From the NCBI GenBank assembly GCA_963817005.1, contig CAWFMN010000004.1, positions 1,125,358-1,189,357 of the forward strand: DNA of 64,000 nt. Reading direction: 5' to 3'. The translations under genes were made by a program, and so were the position numbers. Shown in pieces: positions 10,118-20,304 of the stretch; the stretch's first letter is position 1, and each line of letters begins with the position of its first letter. Source of the stretch: an uncultured Acidimicrobiaceae bacterium. Lineage in GTDB: Bacteria; Actinomycetota; Acidimicrobiia; Acidimicrobiales; RAAP-2. Under the pieces are notes generated by a model. The model searched no databases. It was not told the origin of the DNA and saw nothing but the letters and a program-made list of their open reading frames with translations.

Positions 10118-11402
10118 CTAGCCCGGGCGCTGCGGCGCCCGGTTGTGCCGTACCTCATCGAAGGGTCGGCCGCGGTCGGCGGCGAACTCCCGAGGCATGC
10201 CGAGGACCCGTTCGCTGATGATGTTGCGCTGCATCTCGTTGCTGCCGCCGCCGAGACTGTTGCTCTGGCGGGACAGGTAGGCCGTCGCCGCCGATCCGGC
10301 CAGGTCGCCCTCGCTCCAGGCCCCGGCGCCGTTGCCGGCGATCTCCAGGCCGATGTCGTAACGGCGCTCGGAGTTGACGGCGGCGTACAGCCGGCTCAAG
10401 GCCCCGGCTGGGCCCGACATGGCCCCGGTGCGGATGCCCTGGGACACACGCTCGATGAGCTGGGACTGGACACGGTCGTTGACCCGGGCCTCGGCCAGGA
10501 GCTGGCGCACCACTGGGTCGGCGGTCTGACCGGTGGCCCGGGCCAGGTCCTCGAGCTCGGAACGTTGGCCGCCCTTGGAGGCGTCGCCCATGCCCAGGCC
10601 GCTGGAGTAGGGCGAGCCACCCCCCACGGCGTCCCGCTCGTGGAACAGCAGCCGCGACGCCACTGTCCACCCGTCGTTGATGCCGCCCAACGACGTCGGA
10701 GACCGGGATCAGCACGTCGTCGAAGTACTCCTGACAGAACTCGGCCGTGCCGTTGATCATCTTGATCCGCTGCACCTCGATACCGGGCTGGTGGATCTTC
10801 AAGATGAACATGGTCAGGCCCTGGTGCTTGGGCACGCTCGAGTCCGTCCGGGCCAGGCAGAGCGAGTAGTCGGCCCGGAACGCACCCGAACTCCAGATCT
10901 TCGACCCGTTGAGGACGAAGACGTCGCCGTCCCGGGTGGCCGTGGTGACCAGGCCGGCCAGATCGGAGCCGCCACTGGGCTCGGAGAGGAACTGCACCCA
11001 CAGCTCGTCACCCCGAAGGATGGCCGGGATGTGGCGAAGCTTCTGCTCTTCGGTCCCGAAATCGAGGATGGTGGGGGCCAGGATGGTCAGCGTGGGGACG
11101 TTGAAGGTGGTGGGCATCTGGTAGCCCATCGACTCCTGGGTGAACGCCCGCTGGTAGGCGCGGGGCAGACCCTGGCCTCCGTACTCGGCCGGGTAGCAGA
11201 TCCCCGCGTAGCCCCCGTCGAACAGGAGCCGTTGGAGCTTGCGGGCCCGCACGGCCATCTCGTCCTCTTGGGTCAAGTGCCAGTTGTCCATCCCCTCGGG
11301 CAGACGAGGCATATTCCCGGCCAGCCAGGCCCGCGCACCGAGCCGGTAGGTCTCCAACTCCTCGGGGTCGACCGCTGCGTCCATCGTGCTCCCTTCGCTC
11401 AT
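10118..11402 (-). CDS. acyl-CoA dehydrogenase; single frameshift near 10686
   Basis: ORF 10155..11402 carries the N-terminal and middle domains (WVQFLSEPSGGSDLAGL, VLNGSKIWSSGA) up to IPVSDVVG. ORF 10118..10690 continues: GINDGWTVASRLLFHER...GGGSNEMQRNIISERVLGMP. Confidence 0.8.
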
Positions 11403-11403
11403 C

Positions 11404-12532
11404 TCAGACCGCCATCCCGGTGGCGATGCGCTCGCGGTGGTCCCGGGGCGTGCCGAACTGGGCCCGGTCCTGGACCACCCGCCGCAGATACAGATGGAGG
11501 TCGTGGTCCCAGGTGACCCCGATCCCCCCGTGGAGCTGGACGCACTCCTGGATGATGAACGGTCCGTGGTCCCCGATGTAGGACTTGGCCACGCTGACCA
11601 GCTCGGAGGCCAGCGGAGAAGCGGAGTCCACGGCCCGCGCCGCCCCAGCCGCCGTGGCGTGAGACGCCTCGAGCCACATCTTCATGTCGGCGAACCGGTG
11701 CTTGAGCGCCTGGTACGAGACCAGCGGACGACCGAACGAGTACCGGTCCTCGGCGTACTCCACCGTGAAGGCAAAGACCCGGTCGACGGCGCCGACCATC
11801 TCGAAGCACTGCAGTACCACGGCGTCCCAGAGCTGCCGGTCCACGTCCCCCTCGGACCGGCCCGGCTGCCCGACGGCCGCCTCGGCCGCCACCTCCACCC
11901 CGTCGAACCGCAACGATGGCGAAGCGCCGCACCAGGTCGATGCTCTCTGCGGGCCGGACGGTCAGGCCCGGGGTCCCCGAGGTCACCAGGAACTGGGCCA
12001 GGCCATCGTCGGTCGTGGCCGTGACCAGCAACAGGTCGGCCTGTCCCCCGGCCTCCACCGGCGCCGTGGTCCCGTCCAGGACGAACACGTCACCCCGCCG
12101 ACTGGCCCGGACCCCCGCCGACGGGCCGCCCGCACGGGCCGAGAACTCCGGCGGGCTCCAGGCAGCGACGGTCTCGCCGCCGACCAGACCGGCCAGGTGC
12201 TGGCTGTGGTTGGACCCCCCGGCCCGCGACAGGGCGCCGGCCACCACGTTGGTGGGGACCAGCGGGCCAGGCGACACCAACTGGCCGACCTCTTCTGCCA
12301 CCAGGCCCAGGTCGGCGAGCCCACCGCCCGAGACCGAACCACCACCGTGCTCCTCGGCCACCAGCATGGAGACCCACCCGAGCTCGGCCCCGCGGCGCCA
12401 CCACGCGCGGTCGAATCCGCCGGGCTGCTCCTCGGCGATCCGCCGCACCACGTCGAGCGGACAGGTGTCCTCGAGGAACTTGCGGGTGGTCTCCTGGAAC
12501 AGCTGCTGGTCCTCGGTGAGTCCGAACTGCAC
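11404..12532 (-). CDS. acyl-CoA dehydrogenase family protein; single frameshift near 11912
   Basis: ORF 11399..12724 from GTG 12532: VQFGLTEDQQLFQETTRKFLED..GWVSMLVAEEHGG..VFVLDGT. ORF 11404..11913 continues: RFDGVEV..FTVEYAEDRYSFGRPLVSYQALKHRFADM..ECVQLHGGIGVTWDHDLHLYLRR. Only 1 nt separates it from the next ACAD. Confidence 0.75.
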
Positions 12533-12865
12533 GGTCAACGCCCTTCCCTGTCTGTCGATGTCCTGTTCCGGGACGAAGGGACCGGTGGCACCAGTCTCCC
12601 CGTCCCGTCGGTGGCCCGTCGTTGGCCCGTCCCCGACTGACGCCACCGATGTCAGCTGAGCCGGACCGGGGCTCGACGGCGTCCGGATCGCCCAACTCCG
12701 GCACCTGATCGACGCTCCAAGCAACCCGTCACACGTAGGCCACGCCGTATGCGGGACAGGCCGGGCCGTCCGGAGCCTCCGGAGCGTCCTCTTTCCGGCT
12801 GCAGAGTATCGTGCCCACCTCGGTCCGCCGCAAACCCGCCCAGGACCTTTGGCCTGGTTCCCCGT

Positions 12866-13666
12866 TCAGCCGGCGTTGCGGAAGTCGGGGGTGCGCTTCT
12901 CGGCGAAGGCGGCCATACCCTCGGCCATCTCGGCCGACACGGCCGACATGGCCTGGGCTTGGGCCTCGCGATCCAGCGAGGCCGGCAGGCCGGTCTCGAA
13001 TGTGGCGTTGAGCAGCTGCTTGGACAGGCCCATGGAACGGGTCGGCCCTGAGGCCAACCGCACCGCCAGCTCGTCGGCCTGGTGCGCCAGCTCCTCGGCC
13101 GTGGGCAGACAGCGATAGGCCAGGCCCAGGGCGACGGCCTCGGCGCCCTGGGCACCCTCCCCCAGCAACACCATGGCTTTGGCCCTTGGCAACCCCACCA
13201 GCCTGGGGAGCAGGTAGGCACCACCGGCGTCGACCACCAGGCCCCACCGGGCAAAGGACCACACGAAGCGGGCCTGCTCGTGGAGGAGTACGAAGTCGCA
13301 GGCCAGGGCCAGGTGGGCCCCGGGCCCCACCGCCGTGCCGTTGACAGCGGCCACGGTGGGTTTGTCCAGCTCCCAGAGCTCCCGGATGAAGGCCTGGACG
13401 CCACTCCGCAGTGCTTCACTGGTGTCACGAGGGTTGAACCCCTCCCCTCCGGAGCCGGCCACGGTGGACTGACGTAGGTCCATCCCGGCGCAGAAGGCGT
13501 CCCCCGATCCGGTGATGAGCAGGGCCCGCACCGCGGGATCGGCGCGCGCCTGGCGGACCCGCACCACGATCTCGTCACGCATGGCTGGGGTGAGGGCGTT
13601 CTTGGCCTCGGGGCGATCGAGTACCAGGCGAGCCACACTGTCCTCGCCCACGTCGTAGCGGATCAT
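12866..13666 (-). CDS. enoyl-CoA hydratase/isomerase family
   Basis: MIRYDVGEDSVARLVLDRPEAKNAL, LLITGSGDAFCAGMDL, AAVNGTAVGPGAHLALACDF. Start ATG 13666 is inside ORF 12866..13705. Confidence 0.85.
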   Translation of the reverse strand: MIRYDVGEDSVARLVLDRPEAKNALTPAMRDEIVVRVRQARADPAVRALLITGSGDAFCAGMDLRQSTVAGSGGEGFNPRDTSEALRSGVQAFIRELWELDKPTVAAVNGTAVGPGAHLALACDFVLLHEQARFVWSFARWGLVVDAGGAYLLPRLVGLPRAKAMVLLGEGAQGAEAVALGLAYRCLPTAEELAHQADELAVRLASGPTRSMGLSKQLLNATFETGLPASLDREAQAQAMSAVSAEMAEGMAAFAEKRTPDFRNAG

Positions 13667-13727
13667 GCTCCCAACGTAGGCCACAGCCGCGGTTCGGTGC
13701 CCCACGGGCGGTCAGTCCGGCTCCGGC

Positions 13728-14789
13728 TCACTCCCCGGCTTCGGTTCCCGCCACCGCCGGCAGGCCGTGGTACGGCATCCCCTTCTGCTTCCACTCGTCG
13801 TACCTGGCCAGGAAGGCGTCCCCGAAGGGATCCTCGCCCACCAGGGGCATGCCCGCTCTCCAGATGGTGAGGTCGTCAGGAGCCAGCACCGACGCGGCGG
13901 CCACGTGGCGTCGGGTGGTCTCGTCGTCGCCCCTCCGGTACGCCTCGGCGCCGAGCCGGAAGTGCAGGCGGGCCAGCACCTCGTCTGCGGTCAGGTCGCC
14001 CACCGCCCCCTTGGCCTCCTCGGCTGTGACCGGCACCTCGCCGTCCCTGGCCCACCGCCGGATCTCGTCGAGGTGGGGCCCGGACTGGACGCCGGTGAAG
14101 TCGGCGAAGAGGTCGCTCCCGAAGGCCACGCCGTTGGGACGGGCGATGTTGTCCTCCTCGTCGATCCACACGACGGTAGGCACGTTGGAGATGGCGTAGG
14201 ACTCGGTCAGGACGTGGTTGGGGTCGTAGAGGACGGGCATGGTGATCCCGTCGACCCACGGCCGGACGTCCTCGGCCGACTGGTCGATGGCCACTGCCAC
14301 GACGGTGAAGTCCTCGGACCCCAACTCGTCGTGGAGGGCCTGCCAACCCGGGAGGTCGTAGCGGCAGCCGCACCAGCTCGAGAAAGTCACCAGGGCCTTC
14401 TTCAGGCCGGCCCACTCGTAGAGGCCGTGGAGGTTGCCGTCGAGGTCGGGGAGCTCGAACGCGGGTGCCCGTAGGTCCTCCAAGGCCTGGCGCCGCAACT
14501 CGGCCGGGAGGGCCACCGCCAGCAGGCCGGCGTCGACATCGACCACGGCCGGACGTCCCAGGGCCCGGGCCACCGCGACCAGGTCCAGCTGCTCCCCCAC
14601 CTTGAGCGAACCGACATCATTCACCGGGACGCAGGTGCTCTCCCGGCACAGCCCCGACGCTTTCAGCTCCCAGCCCAGGGCCTCGGGGAGCTGTCCCGGG
14701 TCGACCAGGAAGGTCTCCCGGTCCGGATCGGCCGTGGCGTCCACCCGGCGGGCGCCGGTGTCGATGATGGTGATCTCGGTCACGCCCAT
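13728..14789 (-). CDS. thioredoxin-fold (TlpA/ResA/redoxin-like) protein with a W-C-G-C motif and extra N- and C-terminal regions
   Basis: ATG 14789 is preceded by GGGAG. KKALVTFSSWCGCRYDLPGWQ followed by DFTVVAVAID...NVPTVVWIDE is the redoxin pattern. The upstream part of ORF 13728..15014 is a low-complexity HG/TH repeat and was excluded. Confidence 0.7.
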   Translation of the reverse strand: MGVTEITIIDTGARRVDATADPDRETFLVDPGQLPEALGWELKASGLCRESTCVPVNDVGSLKVGEQLDLVAVARALGRPAVVDVDAGLLAVALPAELRRQALEDLRAPAFELPDLDGNLHGLYEWAGLKKALVTFSSWCGCRYDLPGWQALHDELGSEDFTVVAVAIDQSAEDVRPWVDGITMPVLYDPNHVLTESYAISNVPTVVWIDEEDNIARPNGVAFGSDLFADFTGVQSGPHLDEIRRWARDGEVPVTAEEAKGAVGDLTADEVLARLHFRLGAEAYRRGDDETTRRHVAAASVLAPDDLTIWRAGMPLVGEDPFGDAFLARYDEWKQKGMPYHGLPAVAGTEAGE

Positions 14790-15034
14790 ACTCCCTCGTC
14801 CTTCATGGCCATCCCCTGGGTGCTCGGCGGGCCCAACCGTTACCTCGGGACCGTGCCTTGTCAATACTCCTCCGTCGGTCACCGCCCCGTGGGTCACGGT
14901 GCCGTGGGTCGCGGCCTCTTGGGTCACCGCCCCGTGGGTCGCGGCCCGGGCGTCGTCACCGTGGTGTTCGTGGGGTGGGGACGACCGGCGGTGAGGGCCA
15001 GCGGTCGATGCCAATGCGTGGCGGCCGTCGGGTC

Positions 15035-16393
15035 CTACTCCGACTCCCCGAGGCCGGCGGCGGCCACGAACTGCCGGCTGCGGGCCCCATACCCGCCCTC
15101 GCCGTCCGGGGTGGGGGCAGCCGGCGAGAACAGCACCACGCCTCCCGGCCCGGTCATCGACACCGCGGCGTCCACGGCCTCGGCCAGATCGGCGGCCATG
15201 GCCACGCGCGGTCGACCACCGGAGCCGCCGGAGGCCAGGGCGCGGGCCAGCCGCTCGGCATCGGGAGGCAGCACAACCACCCCCGGTGCTGGCCGACGTT
15301 GTACCAGAGCGTCCACGAGTGCCCGGGGGTCGACACCGCGGTCGGCACCTCCCAGGATCACCGTGAGCTCGCGGTCGGGGAAGGCGGCCACGGACGCCGC
15401 CGTGGCGAACGGGTTGGACGCCAAGGCGTCGTCGACGAAAGTCAGGCCACCGCGCTCACCAACAGTCCGGCAGCGCGACGGCAGTCCGTCGAAGGTGTCC
15501 ACGACCGCCTCGAGCACCGCCACCGGGGGCGGGTGGCCGTCGAGCAGCGTGGCCCCGGTCAGGGCACCGCACAGGTTCCAGAGATTGTGCACACCCGCCA
15601 GTCGGAGCCCCGTGGCGTCGGCCCACGGTGTCCCGTCCACACGGACCATGCCCGAGGCGTCCACCGCCACCCGGCCCCTCGGTCCGAACAGGGTCCGCCG
15701 TGGGTGGCCGGCTGTACGGACCAGGGCCTCCTCACTTCCGGCGTTCACCCCGAGCTCGCCGGGCGGCCCGGCCTCGATCAGGCGCAGTTTGTCCCGGTAG
15801 TAGACCTCCTCGCTGCCATGCCAGTCGAGGTGGTCGGGGGCCAGGCTGGTGAGCACCACCAACCCGGGGCTGACCGCGACGTCGGCCGCCTGGTAGGACG
15901 AGACCTCGACCACGTACGCGTCGGCCGGGGGCCTCTCGTACATCTCGACCACGGGGACACCGATGTTCCCGATCAGGGCCACATCCCGCCCGTCCCGGCC
16001 CAGGATGTCGGCGATCAGCGCCGCGGTGGTGCTCTTGCCCTTGGTGCCGGTGACGGCCACAACCCGGGCGTCGGCGAAGTCCTCGAGCCACAGGGCCATG
16101 GCGGTGGTCACCGTGACCCCGGCGGCACGTGCGGCTTCCAGCTCGGGCCGGTAACGGCTGACGCCGGGGGCCCGGACCACCACCTCGATCGACGGCCAAG
16201 GCGCCTCGGCCGGGGTGAATACCCGGGGGGCACCGCCGAGCTGTCCTCGGAGCCGTTGGGTGGCGGCTTCGGGTCGGTCGTCCACATACCAGGCCTCGAC
16301 CCGGCGGTCGTCGAGGAGGCGGGCCATGGCCAGCCCCTCGCTCCCCATGCCCCACACGGCAACCCGACGGGCGCACAGCTCGTCGAGGGTCAC
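15035..16393 (-). CDS. Mur ligase, MurD-like (candidate UDP-MurNAc-L-Ala:L-Glu ligase MurD2)
   Basis: RVAVWGMGSEGLAMARLL (Rossmann N-domain), VAVTGTKGKSTT (P-loop), LTSLAPDHLDWHG, GLPSRCRTV, FVDDALASNP, ILGGADRG. GTG 16393 overlaps the upstream stop as GTGA. Confidence 0.8.
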   Translation of the reverse strand: MTLDELCARRVAVWGMGSEGLAMARLLDDRRVEAWYVDDRPEAATQRLRGQLGGAPRVFTPAEAPWPSIEVVVRAPGVSRYRPELEAARAAGVTVTTAMALWLEDFADARVVAVTGTKGKSTTAALIADILGRDGRDVALIGNIGVPVVEMYERPPADAYVVEVSSYQAADVAVSPGLVVLTSLAPDHLDWHGSEEVYYRDKLRLIEAGPPGELGVNAGSEEALVRTAGHPRRTLFGPRGRVAVDASGMVRVDGTPWADATGLRLAGVHNLWNLCGALTGATLLDGHPPPVAVLEAVVDTFDGLPSRCRTVGERGGLTFVDDALASNPFATAASVAAFPDRELTVILGGADRGVDPRALVDALVQRRPAPGVVVLPPDAERLARALASGGSGGRPRVAMAADLAEAVDAAVSMTGPGGVVLFSPAAPTPDGEGGYGARSRQFVAAAGLGESE

Positions 16394-17752
16394 TCGCCCT
16401 CCGCCATGAGGCGCCGCACGCTCGACATCACCTCGGAGCCCAAGCCGTCCGGACCGCCAGCCGGGGCGAGGAGTGACCGGACGCCTTGCTCGTCGACCAG
16501 GCCGCGTGCCTGCTCGGCCAGGGCCGCCACCACCGGGCTGTCCCGCCATTCGGCCAGGGAGGCGAGGATCCGCAGGGCGGCGGCCGATTCACGTCGCTCC
16601 CCCACACACTCGAACGGCTTATCGACATCGCTCATCAATGCGGCGAAGCCGTCGATCTGGTCGGGGTCGGCGAACAGGTCCCGTCCGATGATGGCCGTGA
16701 GGTGCTCACGGTCGAGGTACGGGGCCAGCATCAGCGCCACGAAGCGGCACTTCGGGCAATGGCCGCACCACCGATCCCCCGCCGTCGCCGTCTGGCGGAA
16801 GGCCGAGTTGCAACTGCAGAACGAGGCGTGATACTCGGTCAGCCGGGCAAAGGCCCGGGCGATGGCCAGCTCCGAGTAGGACCGGAGCGCTGATCCGTAG
16901 GAGAGGCCGGGATCGATGACGCCGGCGACGAGGTCGGCCAGCGCGCGCTCGAACTCGAGGCTCTTGGAGTACTGGTGGTTGACCGGGACGCCATCCACCA
17001 GTGCCGTCTCCTCGCTGGCCGATCGCTCGACCGCCATGGCGATGGTGTCGTAGCCGTAGAGGAAGCTGCCGACCACGGCGATCAGCGAGACGATGGCGGT
17101 GACAGGGACATGGCCGTTGAAGGCACCAGACGCGTTGAGGTCGGCCAGCCCTGGGTCCAGATGGCGACGCACCACGATCAGCTCGAGGCCGGACAGCGCG
17201 GCAAGGTCGTAGACCAGCGGGTGAGGGTTGACGGCGAACAGTCGGGGGTGAAGGTGCTTGACCGCCTCGATCAGCACCATGGAGTCCTTTCCACCCCCGA
17301 TGGGCACCACCAACCCCCCGGGCCTCGGCGCGCCGCCGGGGCGTCGGACGGGGCCCTGTGCCGGGACCGGACCTGACCGCCACCTGCCGGGGCACGGGTA
17401 GCCCGTTGGCCACGGCGAACTCGCGGAGGCCGTCGTCGTAGAGATGGCGGTGGAACTCGTGCTCAATGGGCAGCAGGCCGTCGTTCTCGACGGCCACCAC
17501 CGGGGGGGCGGCCGTCTTGTAGTAGCTGGTGCCGGCGGCGATGTGGAGGTGCAGCAGGGCCCTCTCCAGCCCGGGGCCGTCGAGGCCCGGGCCGCGAGCG
17601 AACGGGGTCTCGAAGGTGATGGTCTCGACGAACGAGTAGCGGTCGTCGAGGGCGTAGTGGAGCGAGACGGCGCCTGTGTCCCGATCGAATGCCCGGTCCG
17701 TCACCCGGAAGACCCCGACAGAGGCCGGTTCGAACCGGTTCGGGGCGTGCAT
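16390..17752 (-). CDS. PP-loop ATPase-like protein with a Cys cluster (candidate MurL epimerase); frameshift somewhere in 17290-17390
   Basis: N-terminus in ORF 16706..17956 from ATG 17752: MHAPNRFEP..SLHYALDDRYSFVETITFE..HIAAGTSYYK. The rest is in ORF 16390..17466: VVPIGGGKDSMVLIEA (SGGxDS-like), FNGHVPVTA, FCSCNSAFRQ..RWCGHCPKCRF. Confidence 0.6.
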
Positions 17753-17771
17753 GACCCCGCCAGCGTAGTGG

Positions 17772-18270
17772 TCAGCCACTCTCCGGCGGCCTCTTGGCCG
17801 GCACGGGCAGTCGTCGGAGGTGCTGCACGATGGCCAGCGACGAGCCGGTGGACTGCACCACCCAGACCTCGCCCTTCTGGAGACGCAGGACCTTCCGGTC
17901 GGCCGAGTTCGGGTCGGGAACCAGGACCTCGAGCAACGCCGAGGCCACGTCCCCATGGGTGCAGAGGATGGCCGACTCGCCGCCCATGGTCGCCAGGAGT
18001 CGGACGGCGTCGCTCCCGTGCCCCTCGGCCAGTTCGTCCACCGACTCCACCGGTAGCCCGAGCGCCTCGGCCACCGGCTGCACGGTGGCGCAGCACCGGA
18101 CGTACGGGCTCGACAGGATCGCGCTGAGGCCGGTACTCACTGAGCAGCGGTACCAGCTCTCGGGCCCGGGCCTTCCCCCTCGTCGAGAGGGGACGTAGCC
18201 GGTCGTCGCCCCGGTAGGCACTCCGTCTTCCGGCGTGGGCGTGGCGGACCACCAAGAGCGGCATGCCCAC
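17772..18270 (-). CDS. histidine phosphatase (SixA/PGAM) family; frameshift near 18131
   Basis: ORF 17701..18270: MPLLVVRHAHAG (RHG motif)..RPLSTRGKARARELVPLLSEY. ORF 17772..18281 continues: GLSAILSSPYVRCCATVQPVAEALG..AILCTHGDV. Confidence 0.7.
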
Positions 18271-18341
18271 GATGGTGCCATGCCCGCCGGTCGGTGATGA
18301 TGATGCCCGGCTCGGACAGCGGGGCGCGCCCCGGGGCGCGC

Positions 18342-18848
18342 TCAGGGCGCGATCCCCGGGACGTCCAGCCCCGGGTCGGAGGGAATCGGGAAGACGTCGA
18401 GGTCATGGGCCCGGCGGGCCAGCGAGTGGTACTTCCGCTCGGCGATCCGCCACCGGTCGGACACCAGGCGGTAGCAGTCGTGGTAGAGCCCGTACACCGT
18501 GGTCCACCGGCCACTGGCCCGTTCCTGTCGCACCTCGCTCATGAACAGACGGCTCACGGCCCGTCCGGCGCCCGGGCCGTCGGGGAAGGCGATGTGGGCA
18601 TTGAGGATGACGAACTCGAAGAACTCGAACCGATCGATGGCCTGCTCGATGAATCGCCCGACCTCGGGTCCGCCGGTCAGGACCAGAGGGGTCTCGGCCC
18701 GAAGGTCCAGGGTGACGGTGGCGTCGGGGAGAAACAGGTGAGCCATCTCCGACCAGGCCCGCCGGTTGACCACGTCGGCGTAGGCGTGTTGCAGGCGCCG
18801 CACCCCGGTGTCGTGGACCGCTTCGGCCACCAGCTCGTCCTCGATCAT
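18342..18848 (-). CDS. SnoaL-like / NTF2-fold protein
   Basis: Intact 168-aa ORF: RRLQHAYADVVNRRAWSEMAHLFLPDA...WTTVYGLYHDCYRLVSDRWRIAERKY, the typical SnoaL_4 layout. Confidence 0.65.
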   Translation of the reverse strand: MIEDELVAEAVHDTGVRRLQHAYADVVNRRAWSEMAHLFLPDATVTLDLRAETPLVLTGGPEVGRFIEQAIDRFEFFEFVILNAHIAFPDGPGAGRAVSRLFMSEVRQERASGRWTTVYGLYHDCYRLVSDRWRIAERKYHSLARRAHDLDVFPIPSDPGLDVPGIAP

Positions 18849-19272
18849 TCCCGGAACGCTACCTGTCCGGGTCGGGAGGCTTCCGGGTCAGCAGGGGTCA
18901 GGGTGCGACGGGCGCCCAGTGGAAGCGGCGCCGCCCAGCGGGTCAGCGGTGCCGCCGGGGCCGAAGACCCCACAGCCGAGCCCGCCGGCCATTCCTCACT
19001 CCGAAAACGCCCGCTGAAGCCTCGGCCTGCGATTCCTGCGCAGAATTGGCAGCGAATCAAGCGCCGGCGAGCCTCCCGCCGAGGGCCCGGCACCTTCCAA
19101 GACGGGACGTGGGTGGCAGCCGAGGTCAGAGCGGTGTGCGCTTCGGCCGAGTCGGTCGTTGGCTCTCTTCGCGCCGATCGGCAGCCAGGACGCACCGCGC
19201 TCGCCCCGCGCATAGGGTCGGCCTTCGACCGCCGTGTCGCGGCGGTGGCGCTGTCGAAATGTGGAGGTGGCC

Positions 19273-20253
19273 GTGCGGTACGTGAATCTCGGGAAGACCG
19301 GTGTACGGGTGTCCAGGGTGTGCCTCGGGATGATGAGCTTCGGGAACGACAGCGACCGTCCCTGGGTGCTGGACGAGGAACAGGCCGAGCCCATCGTGCG
19401 GGCGGCGGTCGAGGGGGGCATCACGTTCTTCGACACCGCGGACACCTATTCGGCCGGAGCCAGTGAGGTGGCCACCGGACGGTTGTTGCCCAAGTACCTC
19501 AGCCGCGAGGAGATGGTGGTGGCCACCAAGGTGTACATGCCGGTGACCCCCGGCGAGAACGGTGGGGGTCTGTCCCGCAAGCACATCATGGCCGGGATCG
19601 ACGCTTCGCTGTCGCGGTTGGGACTGGAGTACGTGGACCTCTACCAGATCCACCGATGGGACCCCCGTACCCCCATCGAGGAGACCATGGAGGCCCTGAA
19701 CGACGTCGTCCGGGCAGGCAAGGCCCGCTATCTCGGAGCCAGCAGCATGTTCGCCTGGCAGTTCGCCGAAGCCCAGTTCGTGGCCGACCTCCACCACTGG
19801 ACGCGGTTCGTGTCCATGCAGCCCCACTACAACCTGATCTACCGGGAGGAGGAGCGCGAGATGATCCCTCAGTGCATCCACCAGGGAGTGGGGGTCATCC
19901 CGTGGAGCCCCCTGGCCCGAGGCGTACTGGCCGGCAACCGGAGCAGGGCCGGCGAACACCACACCACCCGATCGGACACCGACGGCTTCACCGACTATCT
20001 CTACAGCCAGCCCACCGACTTCGACGTCGTGGAGCGGGTCGCCGAAGTGGCGGCCGAGCGGGGTGTGTCCGCGGCACAAGTGGCGCTGGCCTGGCTCCTC
20101 GGCAAGCCCGGTGTCACCGCCCCCATCATCGGAGCCACCAAGCCGGGGCATCTGGCCGATGCCCTGGCTGCCGAGGAACTGACGCTGGGCGACGACGAGG
20201 TGGTGCGGCTGGAGGAGCCCTACGTACCGCACCCGGTGCTCGGGCACTTCTGA
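19273..20253 (+). CDS. aldo/keto reductase
   Basis: VRYVNLGKTGVRVSRVCLGMMSFG, FFDTADTYS, VDLYQIHRWD, GKARYLGASS. GTG 19273 has GGAGG 5 nt upstream. Confidence 0.9.
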   Translation: MRYVNLGKTGVRVSRVCLGMMSFGNDSDRPWVLDEEQAEPIVRAAVEGGITFFDTADTYSAGASEVATGRLLPKYLSREEMVVATKVYMPVTPGENGGGLSRKHIMAGIDASLSRLGLEYVDLYQIHRWDPRTPIEETMEALNDVVRAGKARYLGASSMFAWQFAEAQFVADLHHWTRFVSMQPHYNLIYREEEREMIPQCIHQGVGVIPWSPLARGVLAGNRSRAGEHHTTRSDTDGFTDYLYSQPTDFDVVERVAEVAAERGVSAAQVALAWLLGKPGVTAPIIGATKPGHLADALAAEELTLGDDEVVRLEEPYVPHPVLGHF

Positions 20254-20304
20254 GAGTCGGGCGCCCGCCACGCCCCGCGTCCCGCTCCTGCCGGCGGCCG
20301 CGCC

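Noticed and set aside
10123-10142. Hairpin CCGGGCGC-tgcg-GCGCCCGG considered as a terminator between convergent genes.
   Set aside because: It lies inside the last codons of the acyl-CoA dehydrogenase (stop at 10118-10120) and has no T tract.
17722-17746. GGTTCGAACCGGTTCG, resembling LexA half-sites.
   Set aside because: The spacing is GAAC-N2-GTTC rather than N4, and the site lies inside the 5' coding region of the PP-loop gene.
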